Shown here: piece after piece, positions 50,002 through 58,179 of the stretch | Numbering within the stretch: position 1 is the stretch's first letter | Layout of the letters: each line of letters starts with the position of its first letter | NCBI GenBank assembly: GCA_039589315.1 | Contig: JBDHHQ010000018.1 | Span: forward strand, 1-64,000 | DNA from: Gemmatimonadota bacterium | GTDB lineage: Bacteria > Gemmatimonadota > Gemmatimonadetes > Longimicrobiales > Gaopeijiaceae | Direction: 5' to 3' | DNA: 64,000 nt | Made by a program: the position numbers and the translations under genes | Notes under the pieces: model-generated | Seen by the model: only the letters and a program-made list of their open reading frames with translations | What the model was told of the DNA's origin: nothing | The model's database searches: none

Positions 50002-51219
50002 CTACCCCGCCACCACCTGGAACCGGCTCGCCACCTTCCCGGCCATGTCGATCGTGGTCTGCAGGTCGGGATGGCGGACGACGAGCATGCCGTCGCCCAC
50101 CAGGACCTTGCGCCAGTCGCGCCGCGGCGCGCCGATGGGATTGAGGTCCATGGCACACACGTGCTGCCCGATCTCCGACAGTAGAGGCTCGAGACCCTCG
50201 TACCTCTGGATGTTCCCTCTTCCGCGAGCTCTCTTGAAGATCCACGCGGCGTTGAACTTGCGCTCCGCCGGCTGACTGAAGCTGCCGTGGACCACGGCCT
50301 CCGCCCAACCGGTGTACGTGTCGATGTCCGACGCGAAGTTGATGAGATCGACGAGGTACGCACCGGGCGGGCGACCCCCGATCTCGCCAAACACCGCCTC
50401 CCCCTCCTGCGTCCGGTACCACTCCATGTGGGTGTATCCGGTGCGGAACCCCAGCGCCTGGAGAACGGCCTCTCCCATCTTCTTGCCCGCGGCCAGCTCG
50501 GGCGTATCCGGATCCCGGTAGACCAGGGTGATGGGACTCACCCACTCGTTCTCCTTCATGACCAGCGCGCGGGGGATGTACGTAGCGATGGAGTAGTGCT
50601 GGATCCGCCCGTCGATGCAGATCGTCTCGTAGGTCATGTCGTCGCCCTCGACGAACTCCTCGACGCTGATCTCGTTCACGGACCTCAGAGCGGGCAGCAC
50701 GCCGTCGAGCTGTTCCCGGGACTCGATGCGATAGGTGTGCTCGGACCCGGCCCCGGCGATGGGCTTGACGATCACGGGATAGCCGATGTTCTCCGCAGCC
50801 TCCACGACCTGGGCGGCGGTGGTCGCGCTGTAGTGGTGGGGCGTGCGGATCCCAGCCTGGTCCAAGACGCGCTTCATGATCTCCTTGTCCCGAAACGGGA
50901 TCGTCTCCTGCACCGTCATCCCGGCCAAGCCGAGCATCTCCCGGATCCGGGCGGCCAACACCATGTACGGCTCCCACAGGCACTCGACGCGGTGGATCGT
51001 CACCCTCCGGGCGAGGTCGGCGACTTGCCCGAGGATGGCGTCCTCGTCCAGGAAGGAGCGCACCTGGATGTGCGCCTTCACCGCCGAACGTGCCGGCTCT
51101 TCCAGGGCCGTTTCCGGCTGGTCTCCGAGCCCGATCACGTTGGCGCCCACGGCAGCGAGACCGCGGGTGAAGTAGCGCATCTCCCGAGGGAAGCTGGGAG
51201 AGATCATCAACACGTTCAT
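50002..51219 (-). CDS. ATP-grasp ligase (L-amino-acid-ligase-like), paralog 1
   Basis: FRDK..MK, YP.IVKP.AGAGS..TYR, EEFVEG, THMEWY, EIGGRPPG; GAGG RBS before ATG 51219. Confidence 0.9.
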   Translation of the reverse strand: MNVLMISPSFPREMRYFTRGLAAVGANVIGLGDQPETALEEPARSAVKAHIQVRSFLDEDAILGQVADLARRVTIHRVECLWEPYMVLAARIREMLGLAGMTVQETIPFRDKEIMKRVLDQAGIRTPHHYSATTAAQVVEAAENIGYPVIVKPIAGAGSEHTYRIESREQLDGVLPALRSVNEISVEEFVEGDDMTYETICIDGRIQHYSIATYIPRALVMKENEWVSPITLVYRDPDTPELAAGKKMGEAVLQALGFRTGYTHMEWYRTQEGEAVFGEIGGRPPGAYLVDLINFASDIDTYTGWAEAVVHGSFSQPAERKFNAAWIFKRARGRGNIQRYEGLEPLLSEIGQHVCAMDLNPIGAPRRDWRKVLVGDGMLVVRHPDLQTTIDMAGKVASRFQVVAG

Positions 51220-51289
51220 GGTATCCTCTATCCTCCGGCGCAGCCGGGGTCTGAAGCGACGTGCCACGCACCGGCACGCCGCGGTTCGG

Positions 51290-52507
51290 TCATTCCAGCT
51301 CCACCCGGATCCCGGTGACGATTCGATGCAAGGCCTTCCGCACAAGCTCCGTCTCCGGATGCCGCACGATCAGGTAGCCCTCGCCTTCGTAGGTGCTGGA
51401 AGAGGGCTGGCCGACGCGCGGAAGTCGAGCCTCCACCACGAGGCTGCCCAGCTCGGCGAGCACCTCCGTGACGCCGTGAACGCGGGCGACCCTTCCCCTC
51501 CCCTGGCCGCGCAGGTATGCCGCCCCGGCGGCGTACGGGCGGGGGCCCGCCTCGAACACGTCGAAGACGACGAGGCGGGCCCAGGCGTGGAATAGGTCGA
51601 AATCCTGCGCCCGCGAGATCAGGTTGACGAAACGGGCGCCGGGCGGTCGGGCGCCGACCTCCGAGATGGCCACGCTTCCATCGGGGCGCCGGAACCACTC
51701 CATGTGGCTCATGCCGGTGTGCATGCCGAGGGCGTCGAGCGCCTGCCCGGCCACCGCCCGGATGCCGTCGTAGCGGGCGTCGTCCACATCCCGCGGCGTG
51801 AGGACGCACCACTGGATCCAGGGCTCCTCGACCACCCGAAGGGCGGCGGGCAGATAGTCGTTCACGGAGTGCCAGACCACCCGCCCGCCGATGCTGACCG
51901 AGTCGAACGAATGCTCCTCGCCCGCCACGAACTCCTCCATCATCACGGGCCGTTGGAGGGAAGCGGGCATGGCTTGCAGGAAAGCCGTCAGGTCGTCGAC
52001 GCTCTCGAGCCGGTAGGTGCCCCGGGCGCCGGAGCCCGCCTGAGGCTTGACGATCACCGGATAGCCGACGGCGGCGGTGAACGCGGCCGCTTCGTCGCCG
52101 GAGCGGGCCAGACCGTGTTGAGCACAGGGCAGATGGTGCGCGCGCAGCACCCGCTTCATGCGGGCCTTGTCGCGGAAGTTCTCGGCCACGTCGGCGCTCA
52201 TCCCGGCGATCCCAAGCCGGTCGCGTACGTGGCCCAGTGGCACCTGCAGCTCCTCGAGGGTTCCGAGAAGGCGGTGAATCCGGCCGCGCGTCGCCAGGCG
52301 CTCCACGGCAGTGGCGAGCTGGTCGGGATCCAGCGCGTCTCCCACTCGCAGATGGAACGCGAGCCGCCCTCTGAGGCCGGCCGGCAGCTTCCGAGGCGGT
52401 TCCTGGCTGATCAAGGTGGCGCGGACGCCGTCGAGCCTGGAGACTGCGTCGATGAAGCGCAGCGTGGTCTCGGCGAAGAAGGGCGCGACAAAGACGACGT
52501 TCTTCAT
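51290..52507 (-). CDS. ATP-grasp ligase, paralog 2
   Basis: FRDKARMK, YPVIVKPQAGSGARGTYR, EEFVAG, SHMEWF, EVGARPPG. Confidence 0.9.
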   Translation of the reverse strand: MKNVVFVAPFFAETTLRFIDAVSRLDGVRATLISQEPPRKLPAGLRGRLAFHLRVGDALDPDQLATAVERLATRGRIHRLLGTLEELQVPLGHVRDRLGIAGMSADVAENFRDKARMKRVLRAHHLPCAQHGLARSGDEAAAFTAAVGYPVIVKPQAGSGARGTYRLESVDDLTAFLQAMPASLQRPVMMEEFVAGEEHSFDSVSIGGRVVWHSVNDYLPAALRVVEEPWIQWCVLTPRDVDDARYDGIRAVAGQALDALGMHTGMSHMEWFRRPDGSVAISEVGARPPGARFVNLISRAQDFDLFHAWARLVVFDVFEAGPRPYAAGAAYLRGQGRGRVARVHGVTEVLAELGSLVVEARLPRVGQPSSSTYEGEGYLIVRHPETELVRKALHRIVTGIRVELE

Positions 52508-52707
52508 TCGGAGTGCCGGCAAGCACGGGGGAAGCCGGCGTCTGTCGGGTGATCTCGGTCCGGCGGAGGCCGGAGAAGAGTAAGGAAGGTAAACCCGCAC
52601 AGGCCAGGGGGGTACCTCGGCCGTCCCGTTTCGCTATCTTTGGCGCCGTTTCGCGGCCTATCGGCATCGGTCGCGCCAGTCCACCCCGACGACGGACACA
52701 TCGACTC

Positions 52708-53931
52708 ATGCACGCGGTCTTCGTCGAGCCGGCCTTCCCGTCGAACCAGAAGGAATTCGTTCGCGCTCTGCACCAGGCCGGTGCCCAGGTCACGGCCGTC
52801 GGCGAGCGCCCCAGGGAGGCGCTGGACGACGACCTCGAGCGCTGGCTACTCCACTACGAACAGGTCCCCTCGGTCGTCGACGCCCAAGACCTCGCACGGG
52901 TGGTGGGCGCCATTCACGCCCGCAAGCCGGTGGGGCGGTTGGAGACGACGGTCGAGGCCCACATCATGGCTGCAGCCCAGGTCCGCGAAGCCCTGGGCAT
53001 ACCCGGCACGTCCGTGCGCACGGCTTTCCTTTGCCGGGACAAGCCGGCCATGAAGGAGGTCCTGCGAGAGGGTGGTGTAGCGTGTGCTCAATCCATGGGC
53101 AGCGGCGACTCCGAGGCCATCCGGTCCTTCGCCGAGAGCGTCGGCTATCCATTGGTCCTGAAACCCAGGGCGGCCGCGGGAGCCTCGGGCACGTATCGGG
53201 TGGACGACCGGGAGCAACTGGACGGCGTCTTGACTCAGTTGGGCGTGGGTCACGGAGGCCAGGTGGCCGTCGAGGAGTTCATCGAGGGTCACGAGGCCTT
53301 CTACGACACGATCACCATCGGGGGTAGCGTCGCCCACGAGTTCATCACGCACTACTACCCGAACGTCCTCGAGGCCATGCGCACGCGCTGGATCTCGCCG
53401 CAGTTCATCACCACGAACCGCATCGAGTCCGCTCCAGACTACCAGGAGGTGCTGGAGCTGGGGCGCAAGGTCATCCGCGTGCTCGAGATCGACACCTCCG
53501 CGACCCACATGGAGTGGTTCTTCGGGTCCAAGGGCCTGAAGTTCTCGGAGATCGGCTGTCGACCGCCCGGCGTCCGGGCGTGGGACCTCTACGCCGCAGC
53601 CAACGAGATCGACATCTACTACGAATGGGCCATGGCCGTGCTCTGGGGCCGGACGTCGCGCAAGGCGTCTCGGGCGTATTCGGCCGGAATCGTCGCGCTG
53701 CGGCCGGACCAAGACGGCCGGATTCGTGGCTACGACGGCCTCGATGAGGTTCGCCGGCGCTTCGGCGAGTGGATTCTCGACCACCACCTTCCCCCTGAGG
53801 GGACACCCACCCAGCCCGTGGAGGGCGGGTACATGGCCAACGCCTGGATCCGCATGCGCCATCCCGACTACGACGCGCTACGCTCCATGCTCGATCAGGT
53901 CGGCGAAATCGTGCAGGTGAGGGCAGGGTGA
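52708..53931 (+). CDS. ATP-grasp ligase, paralog 3
   Basis: CRDKPAMK, YPLVLKPRAAAGASGTYR, EEFIEG, THMEWF, EIGCRPPG. Confidence 0.9.
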   Translation: MHAVFVEPAFPSNQKEFVRALHQAGAQVTAVGERPREALDDDLERWLLHYEQVPSVVDAQDLARVVGAIHARKPVGRLETTVEAHIMAAAQVREALGIPGTSVRTAFLCRDKPAMKEVLREGGVACAQSMGSGDSEAIRSFAESVGYPLVLKPRAAAGASGTYRVDDREQLDGVLTQLGVGHGGQVAVEEFIEGHEAFYDTITIGGSVAHEFITHYYPNVLEAMRTRWISPQFITTNRIESAPDYQEVLELGRKVIRVLEIDTSATHMEWFFGSKGLKFSEIGCRPPGVRAWDLYAAANEIDIYYEWAMAVLWGRTSRKASRAYSAGIVALRPDQDGRIRGYDGLDEVRRRFGEWILDHHLPPEGTPTQPVEGGYMANAWIRMRHPDYDALRSMLDQVGEIVQVRAG

Positions 53932-54863
53932 GCAACGGTCCTGCCCGGGTCGTTCTGCTGGGGTCCCACTCGGGCGTCCCGACGGGGGGGCCCTCCTTGG
54001 ACGAGCTCGGCCTCGACGGACCCGTGGCCACGGTACGAGCTGGCTGGCAGGAGTGGGAAGGGGAGCCCCATTCGTTGACCCTGGCAGCGGACGGCTGGAA
54101 TCTCCGCCTGTGGGAGCGGGCGGAGCGGATCTGGGCCGAGGACCCCGAGCTCACCCAGGCGCACCACGCGATGCAGGAGAAGATCCGCCTCCTCCGGCGC
54201 ATCTACAACGTCCGCCTCTCCCACCTCGCCGACGCCTACCTCGACATCGACGCCCGGGAGGGGCCGGCAGACGTGCTGGACCCGGAGCGTCACGCCGCGT
54301 TCGAGGCCGTGCGGGAGCTGGACCGACGCCAGGTGCAGCGGGTGGCCGGCATCCGCCGGGAGTTCGAGGAGCGCTACCGCCCCGGAGACCGACACGCCGT
54401 CGCGCGCGAACGCGCCGAGGTGGCGCGTATCCTGACCGACACGCCGGTGGTGGCGGTCGACGGCGGCCACGTCGCCATCCTCCTCAACCGGCTGCGTCTG
54501 TTCGGCCTGGCCGAGCTGCTGGCCGGCCGTGCGGTGGTCGCTTGCTCGGGCGGAGCCATGGTTCTTTCGGAGCGCCTCGTCCTCTTCCACGACTCACCTC
54601 CCTGGGGGCCCGGGCACGCCGAGGTGGCGGAAGCCGGCCTCGGCCTCTTCCCTGACGTCGTCGTCCTGCCCCACGCCGAGACGCGCCTGCGACTGGACGA
54701 TCCCACCCGGGTGAGCCGGCTCGCCCGCCGCGTGGCTCCGGCACCGTGTGTCCTCCTCGACCGGGACGCCCGGCTCGAGTGGGACGGCCGGCGCTGGACG
54801 GTTGCCCGGGCTCGGCATCTCACCGCTTCAGGGACAGTGACACTCTGGGAGGTGGCGGCGTGA
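53928..54863 (+). CDS. Peptidase S51/cyanophycinase-like (class I GATase fold) serine hydrolase
   Basis: VDGGHV, nucleophile elbow VACSGGAM, GLGL, LPH; GTGA-coupled to ATP-grasp 3. Confidence 0.72.
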   Translation: MSNGPARVVLLGSHSGVPTGGPSLDELGLDGPVATVRAGWQEWEGEPHSLTLAADGWNLRLWERAERIWAEDPELTQAHHAMQEKIRLLRRIYNVRLSHLADAYLDIDAREGPADVLDPERHAAFEAVRELDRRQVQRVAGIRREFEERYRPGDRHAVARERAEVARILTDTPVVAVDGGHVAILLNRLRLFGLAELLAGRAVVACSGGAMVLSERLVLFHDSPPWGPGHAEVAEAGLGLFPDVVVLPHAETRLRLDDPTRVSRLARRVAPAPCVLLDRDARLEWDGRRWTVARARHLTASGTVTLWEVAA

Positions 54864-54868
54864 GGGGC

Positions 54869-56047
54869 ATGCCCAAGGATCGGGAACGCGCCTCCGGGAG
54901 GGTCGATCACCACGGGTTGGCAATCGCCGAGCTGGTGGATGCCTCGCCGCCGGACGCGGACGCCGTGAGCCGATTCATCGAGGAACACGAGTTCCCCATC
55001 GTCGAGGGAACGCGTTGTACGTTCGTGTTCCAGGGCAAAGCCCGGGAGGTGCGACTTCGGCACTGGATCTTCGGACTGGCCACCGCCGAGCGCTTCCATC
55101 GCGTACCGGGCACGGATCTCTGGTACCACGTCATGGAGATCCCCGACGGCTCCAGGGTCGAGTACAAGCTCGAGGTGGAAGACGGTCGCCCGGCCCACTG
55201 GATCACGGATCCGCTGAACCCTCACCTGGCCCACGACCCCTTCGGCGCCAACTCCGTGTGCTACGGGCAGGGATACGAGGTGCCGGCGTGGTCCCGCGAG
55301 GATCCCCTGGCGGCACCGGGCAGCCTGGAGGAGCGGGTGTTTCACAGCGACGCCCTGGACTCGCCGAGGCGGGTGACGCTGTTCAGGCCAGCCCGGTTCA
55401 AGGAGACCCGGCGCTACCCCCTGCTCGTGGTGCACGACGGTGGTGACTACCTCCGGTTCGCCAACCTGGAGACGGTCCTGAACAACCTGATCCACCGCCT
55501 CGAGGTTCCGGGCGTGGTGGCCGCGTTGACGCACCCGGCCGACCGGATGGAGCAGTACCGGGACTCCGAGAGTCACGCCCGCTTCCTGACCGAGGAGCTG
55601 GTGCCTATGCTCGAGGAGGAGCTGCCCCTCCTGGGGACCCCGGCCGGACGCTGTCTGATGGGTGCGAGCCTGGGCGCCGTGGCCTGCCTCTCCACGGCCA
55701 TCCGGCACCCCGGCTTCTACGGCCGACTCCTGCTCCAGTCGGGCTCGTTCGCGTTCTCGGACATCGGCAACCACGACCGTGGCCCGGCTTTCGACCCCAT
55801 CGCTGACATGGTGAACCGGTACCGGAGCCAGCCGTTCGCCGTGAGCGACCGCGTGTTCGTGAGCTGCGGCATGTACGAGTCGCTCATCTACGAGAACCGG
55901 TCCCTCGTCCCCCTCCTGCGCGAGACCGGAATGGACATCCGCTACGTCGAGGCGAGGGACGGGCACAATTGGGAGAACTGGCGGGACCGGCTGCGCGAGG
56001 GTCTGTCGTTCCTGTTCCCCGGACCCCTCTGGTGGGTCTACGATTGA
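54869..56047 (+). CDS. Fes-like alpha/beta esterase with N-terminal CBM48/E-set-like domain (alternative GTG start at 54860)
   Basis: TFVF...LWY.....YKL...WITDPLNP; YPLLVVHDG; GASLG; GHNWENWRD. Confidence 0.85.
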   Translation: MPKDRERASGRVDHHGLAIAELVDASPPDADAVSRFIEEHEFPIVEGTRCTFVFQGKAREVRLRHWIFGLATAERFHRVPGTDLWYHVMEIPDGSRVEYKLEVEDGRPAHWITDPLNPHLAHDPFGANSVCYGQGYEVPAWSREDPLAAPGSLEERVFHSDALDSPRRVTLFRPARFKETRRYPLLVVHDGGDYLRFANLETVLNNLIHRLEVPGVVAALTHPADRMEQYRDSESHARFLTEELVPMLEEELPLLGTPAGRCLMGASLGAVACLSTAIRHPGFYGRLLLQSGSFAFSDIGNHDRGPAFDPIADMVNRYRSQPFAVSDRVFVSCGMYESLIYENRSLVPLLRETGMDIRYVEARDGHNWENWRDRLREGLSFLFPGPLWWVYD

Positions 56048-56108
56048 GAGGCCCGTCGGGACGGGCGCCCGTCGCTCGGATCCGAACCGCTCGACACGAG
56101 GAATCTCG

Positions 56109-57350
56109 ATGGCTGACGTAACCCGAAAGATCGGTCTGTCACTGGGCGCCGACATCTGCTGGCCCATCGCCTACACCGAGGTGCTCCGGCGCTTGGACCT
56201 GGCGATCCCCATCGGAGACGATACGATCAGGCTCGACGTGGAGCGGATGACGATCGAGCCGTTCGACCTCCGGGAGCACACGCCGTACGACCTGGTGATC
56301 GACCGGCTGACGCACTGGTATCACCCGCGCCGGGAGTGGATCAAGAAGGCCGTGCTGCTCGACGACGTCTACGTGTTCAACAACCCCTGGTCCGTGCAGT
56401 CGATGGAGAAGCTCAGCTCGTACTGCGCCATGATCAGGCTGGGGCTTCCCATTCCGGAGACGTGGCTCATTCCGCCGAAAACGTACTTCGATCACTCCCA
56501 GGAGCTGCAGACCACGTTAGAGCGCTACGCACGGTATTTCGACCTGCCCGCAATCGGCGGCGAGGTTGGCTACCCGCTGTTCATGAAGCCCTACGACGGC
56601 GGCGGCTGGCGGGCGGTGTCCAGGATCGCCAACGCCGAGGAGCTCGAGACGGCGTACGAGGAGAGTGGCGATGCCGTGATGCACCTACAGGAAGGCATCG
56701 AGCCGTTCGACCGCTTCGTCCGGTGCATCGGCCTCGGGCCCCAGACCCGCATCGTGCTCTACGACATCGATGCCCCAATCCACGACCGATACACGATGGA
56801 GCGGGGCTTCCTCGAGGACGAGGAGCACAAGCTCATCCGCGACATGACCCTGGTGATCAACGCCTTCTTCGCCTGGGACTTCAACTCGTGCGAGCTGATC
56901 CACCGCGACGGCGTGTGGCACGCCATCGACTTTGCCAATCCCTGCCCGGACTCGCAGGTGACGTCGCTGCACTATCACTTCCCGTGGCTGATCAAGGCCA
57001 ATATCCGATGGTCCGTATACGCTGCCGCCACCGGTCGCAGAATGAAGCCCATGGGCTGGGAGCGCTTCTTCAACGCCGTCGACGACGACATGACCTTGCG
57101 GGAGCGTCTGGACTCCCTCCTGCACCTCGTGCACGAGCGCTACGAGACCGAGCGCTTCGAGGCGTTCTGCCACCGTCACCTGCCCCACCTGGACGAGGTG
57201 ACGCACGAGTTCTTCGGTACGGAGGTGGCGCACGACGCAGTGCGGCAGAAGGTGGCGGCCCTGTTCCCCGAGCACGAAGTGGAGGAGTTCACGGAGCTGA
57301 TGTGGAGTCGCATCCAGACCTGGCGGGACGTTGAAGGGGCCTCGGCATGA
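56109..57350 (+). CDS. RimK/GshB-like ATP-grasp protein
   Basis: IDRLTH, VFNNP, LGLPIPET, YPLFMKPYDGGGW, LQEGI, FNSCE, AIDFANPCPD. Confidence 0.85.
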   Translation: MADVTRKIGLSLGADICWPIAYTEVLRRLDLAIPIGDDTIRLDVERMTIEPFDLREHTPYDLVIDRLTHWYHPRREWIKKAVLLDDVYVFNNPWSVQSMEKLSSYCAMIRLGLPIPETWLIPPKTYFDHSQELQTTLERYARYFDLPAIGGEVGYPLFMKPYDGGGWRAVSRIANAEELETAYEESGDAVMHLQEGIEPFDRFVRCIGLGPQTRIVLYDIDAPIHDRYTMERGFLEDEEHKLIRDMTLVINAFFAWDFNSCELIHRDGVWHAIDFANPCPDSQVTSLHYHFPWLIKANIRWSVYAAATGRRMKPMGWERFFNAVDDDMTLRERLDSLLHLVHERYETERFEAFCHRHLPHLDEVTHEFFGTEVAHDAVRQKVAALFPEHEVEEFTELMWSRIQTWRDVEGASA

Positions 57351-58075
57351 AGCGGACCGAAACCTGGCATTCTTCCCGGCTCGAACGGGAGATCACGGCC
57401 GTGCGGTGGGGGGAGACGGGGATCCCGGTGCTGATCTTCCCCACGGCGGGTGGCGACGCAGAGGAGATCGAGCGGTTCCTGATCATCCAGACATTGGCGC
57501 CGTTCCTCGACGCGGGGCGCATCAAGGTCTACTCGTGCGACTCGCTCGCGGGACAGGCCATGTTGGCCGGGGAGGGATCTCCCCAGCACCAGATGGCCAT
57601 GATTAACCGCTACCAGCAGTACATCGGCGAGGAGCTCGTGCCCATGATCCGCGCCGATTGTCGGAGCGAGGACATCGGAGTCGTCGCCGCAGGCGCCTCC
57701 ATCGGGGCGTTCACGGCCCTGGCGGCCCTCTGCAGATACCCGGAGGCCTTCACCCACGCCATGTGCCTGAGCGGCACGTTCGACCTGTCGCGGTTCGTGG
57801 ATGCCCCTATCACTGGCGACTTCTACGTTTCGTCGCCGGTCCACTACCTCCCCGAGCTCCACGGTCCCGGCCTGGAGGCGATCCAGCGGCGGTTCATCCT
57901 GCTGGCGTCGGGTGAGGGCCGCGCGGAGGATATCGGCGAGTCGTGGCGGGTCGCCAACGTGCTCGGGCAGAAGGGCATCCCGAACAGGGTAGACTCGTGG
58001 GGACCGGACTGGCACCACGACTGGCCGACCTGGCGGAACATGCTCCACAAGTACCTGGACGAGCTGGCGCCCTGA
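57347..58075 (+). CDS. short alpha/beta-fold esterase
   Basis: G.PVLIFPTAGG, GASIG, LSG.FD, HHDWPTW; ATGA overlap with the upstream ATP-grasp gene. Confidence 0.88.
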   Translation: MKRTETWHSSRLEREITAVRWGETGIPVLIFPTAGGDAEEIERFLIIQTLAPFLDAGRIKVYSCDSLAGQAMLAGEGSPQHQMAMINRYQQYIGEELVPMIRADCRSEDIGVVAAGASIGAFTALAALCRYPEAFTHAMCLSGTFDLSRFVDAPITGDFYVSSPVHYLPELHGPGLEAIQRRFILLASGEGRAEDIGESWRVANVLGQKGIPNRVDSWGPDWHHDWPTWRNMLHKYLDELAP

Positions 58076-58179
58076 AGCCACGCTGGTGCGGGCGCTCCCG
58101 CCCTGGCCTGATCAACCCCAAGGTGTCGTGCCGGCGCTCCCGCCCCGACCGACCCCGTCGGGCGAACCTCCCGGCGTGG

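Noticed and set aside
50002..58075. Graspetide RiPP cluster or cyanophycin synthetase
   Set aside because: No repeat-containing precursor peptide seen, and no CphA-like ATP-grasp/Mur-ligase fusion.
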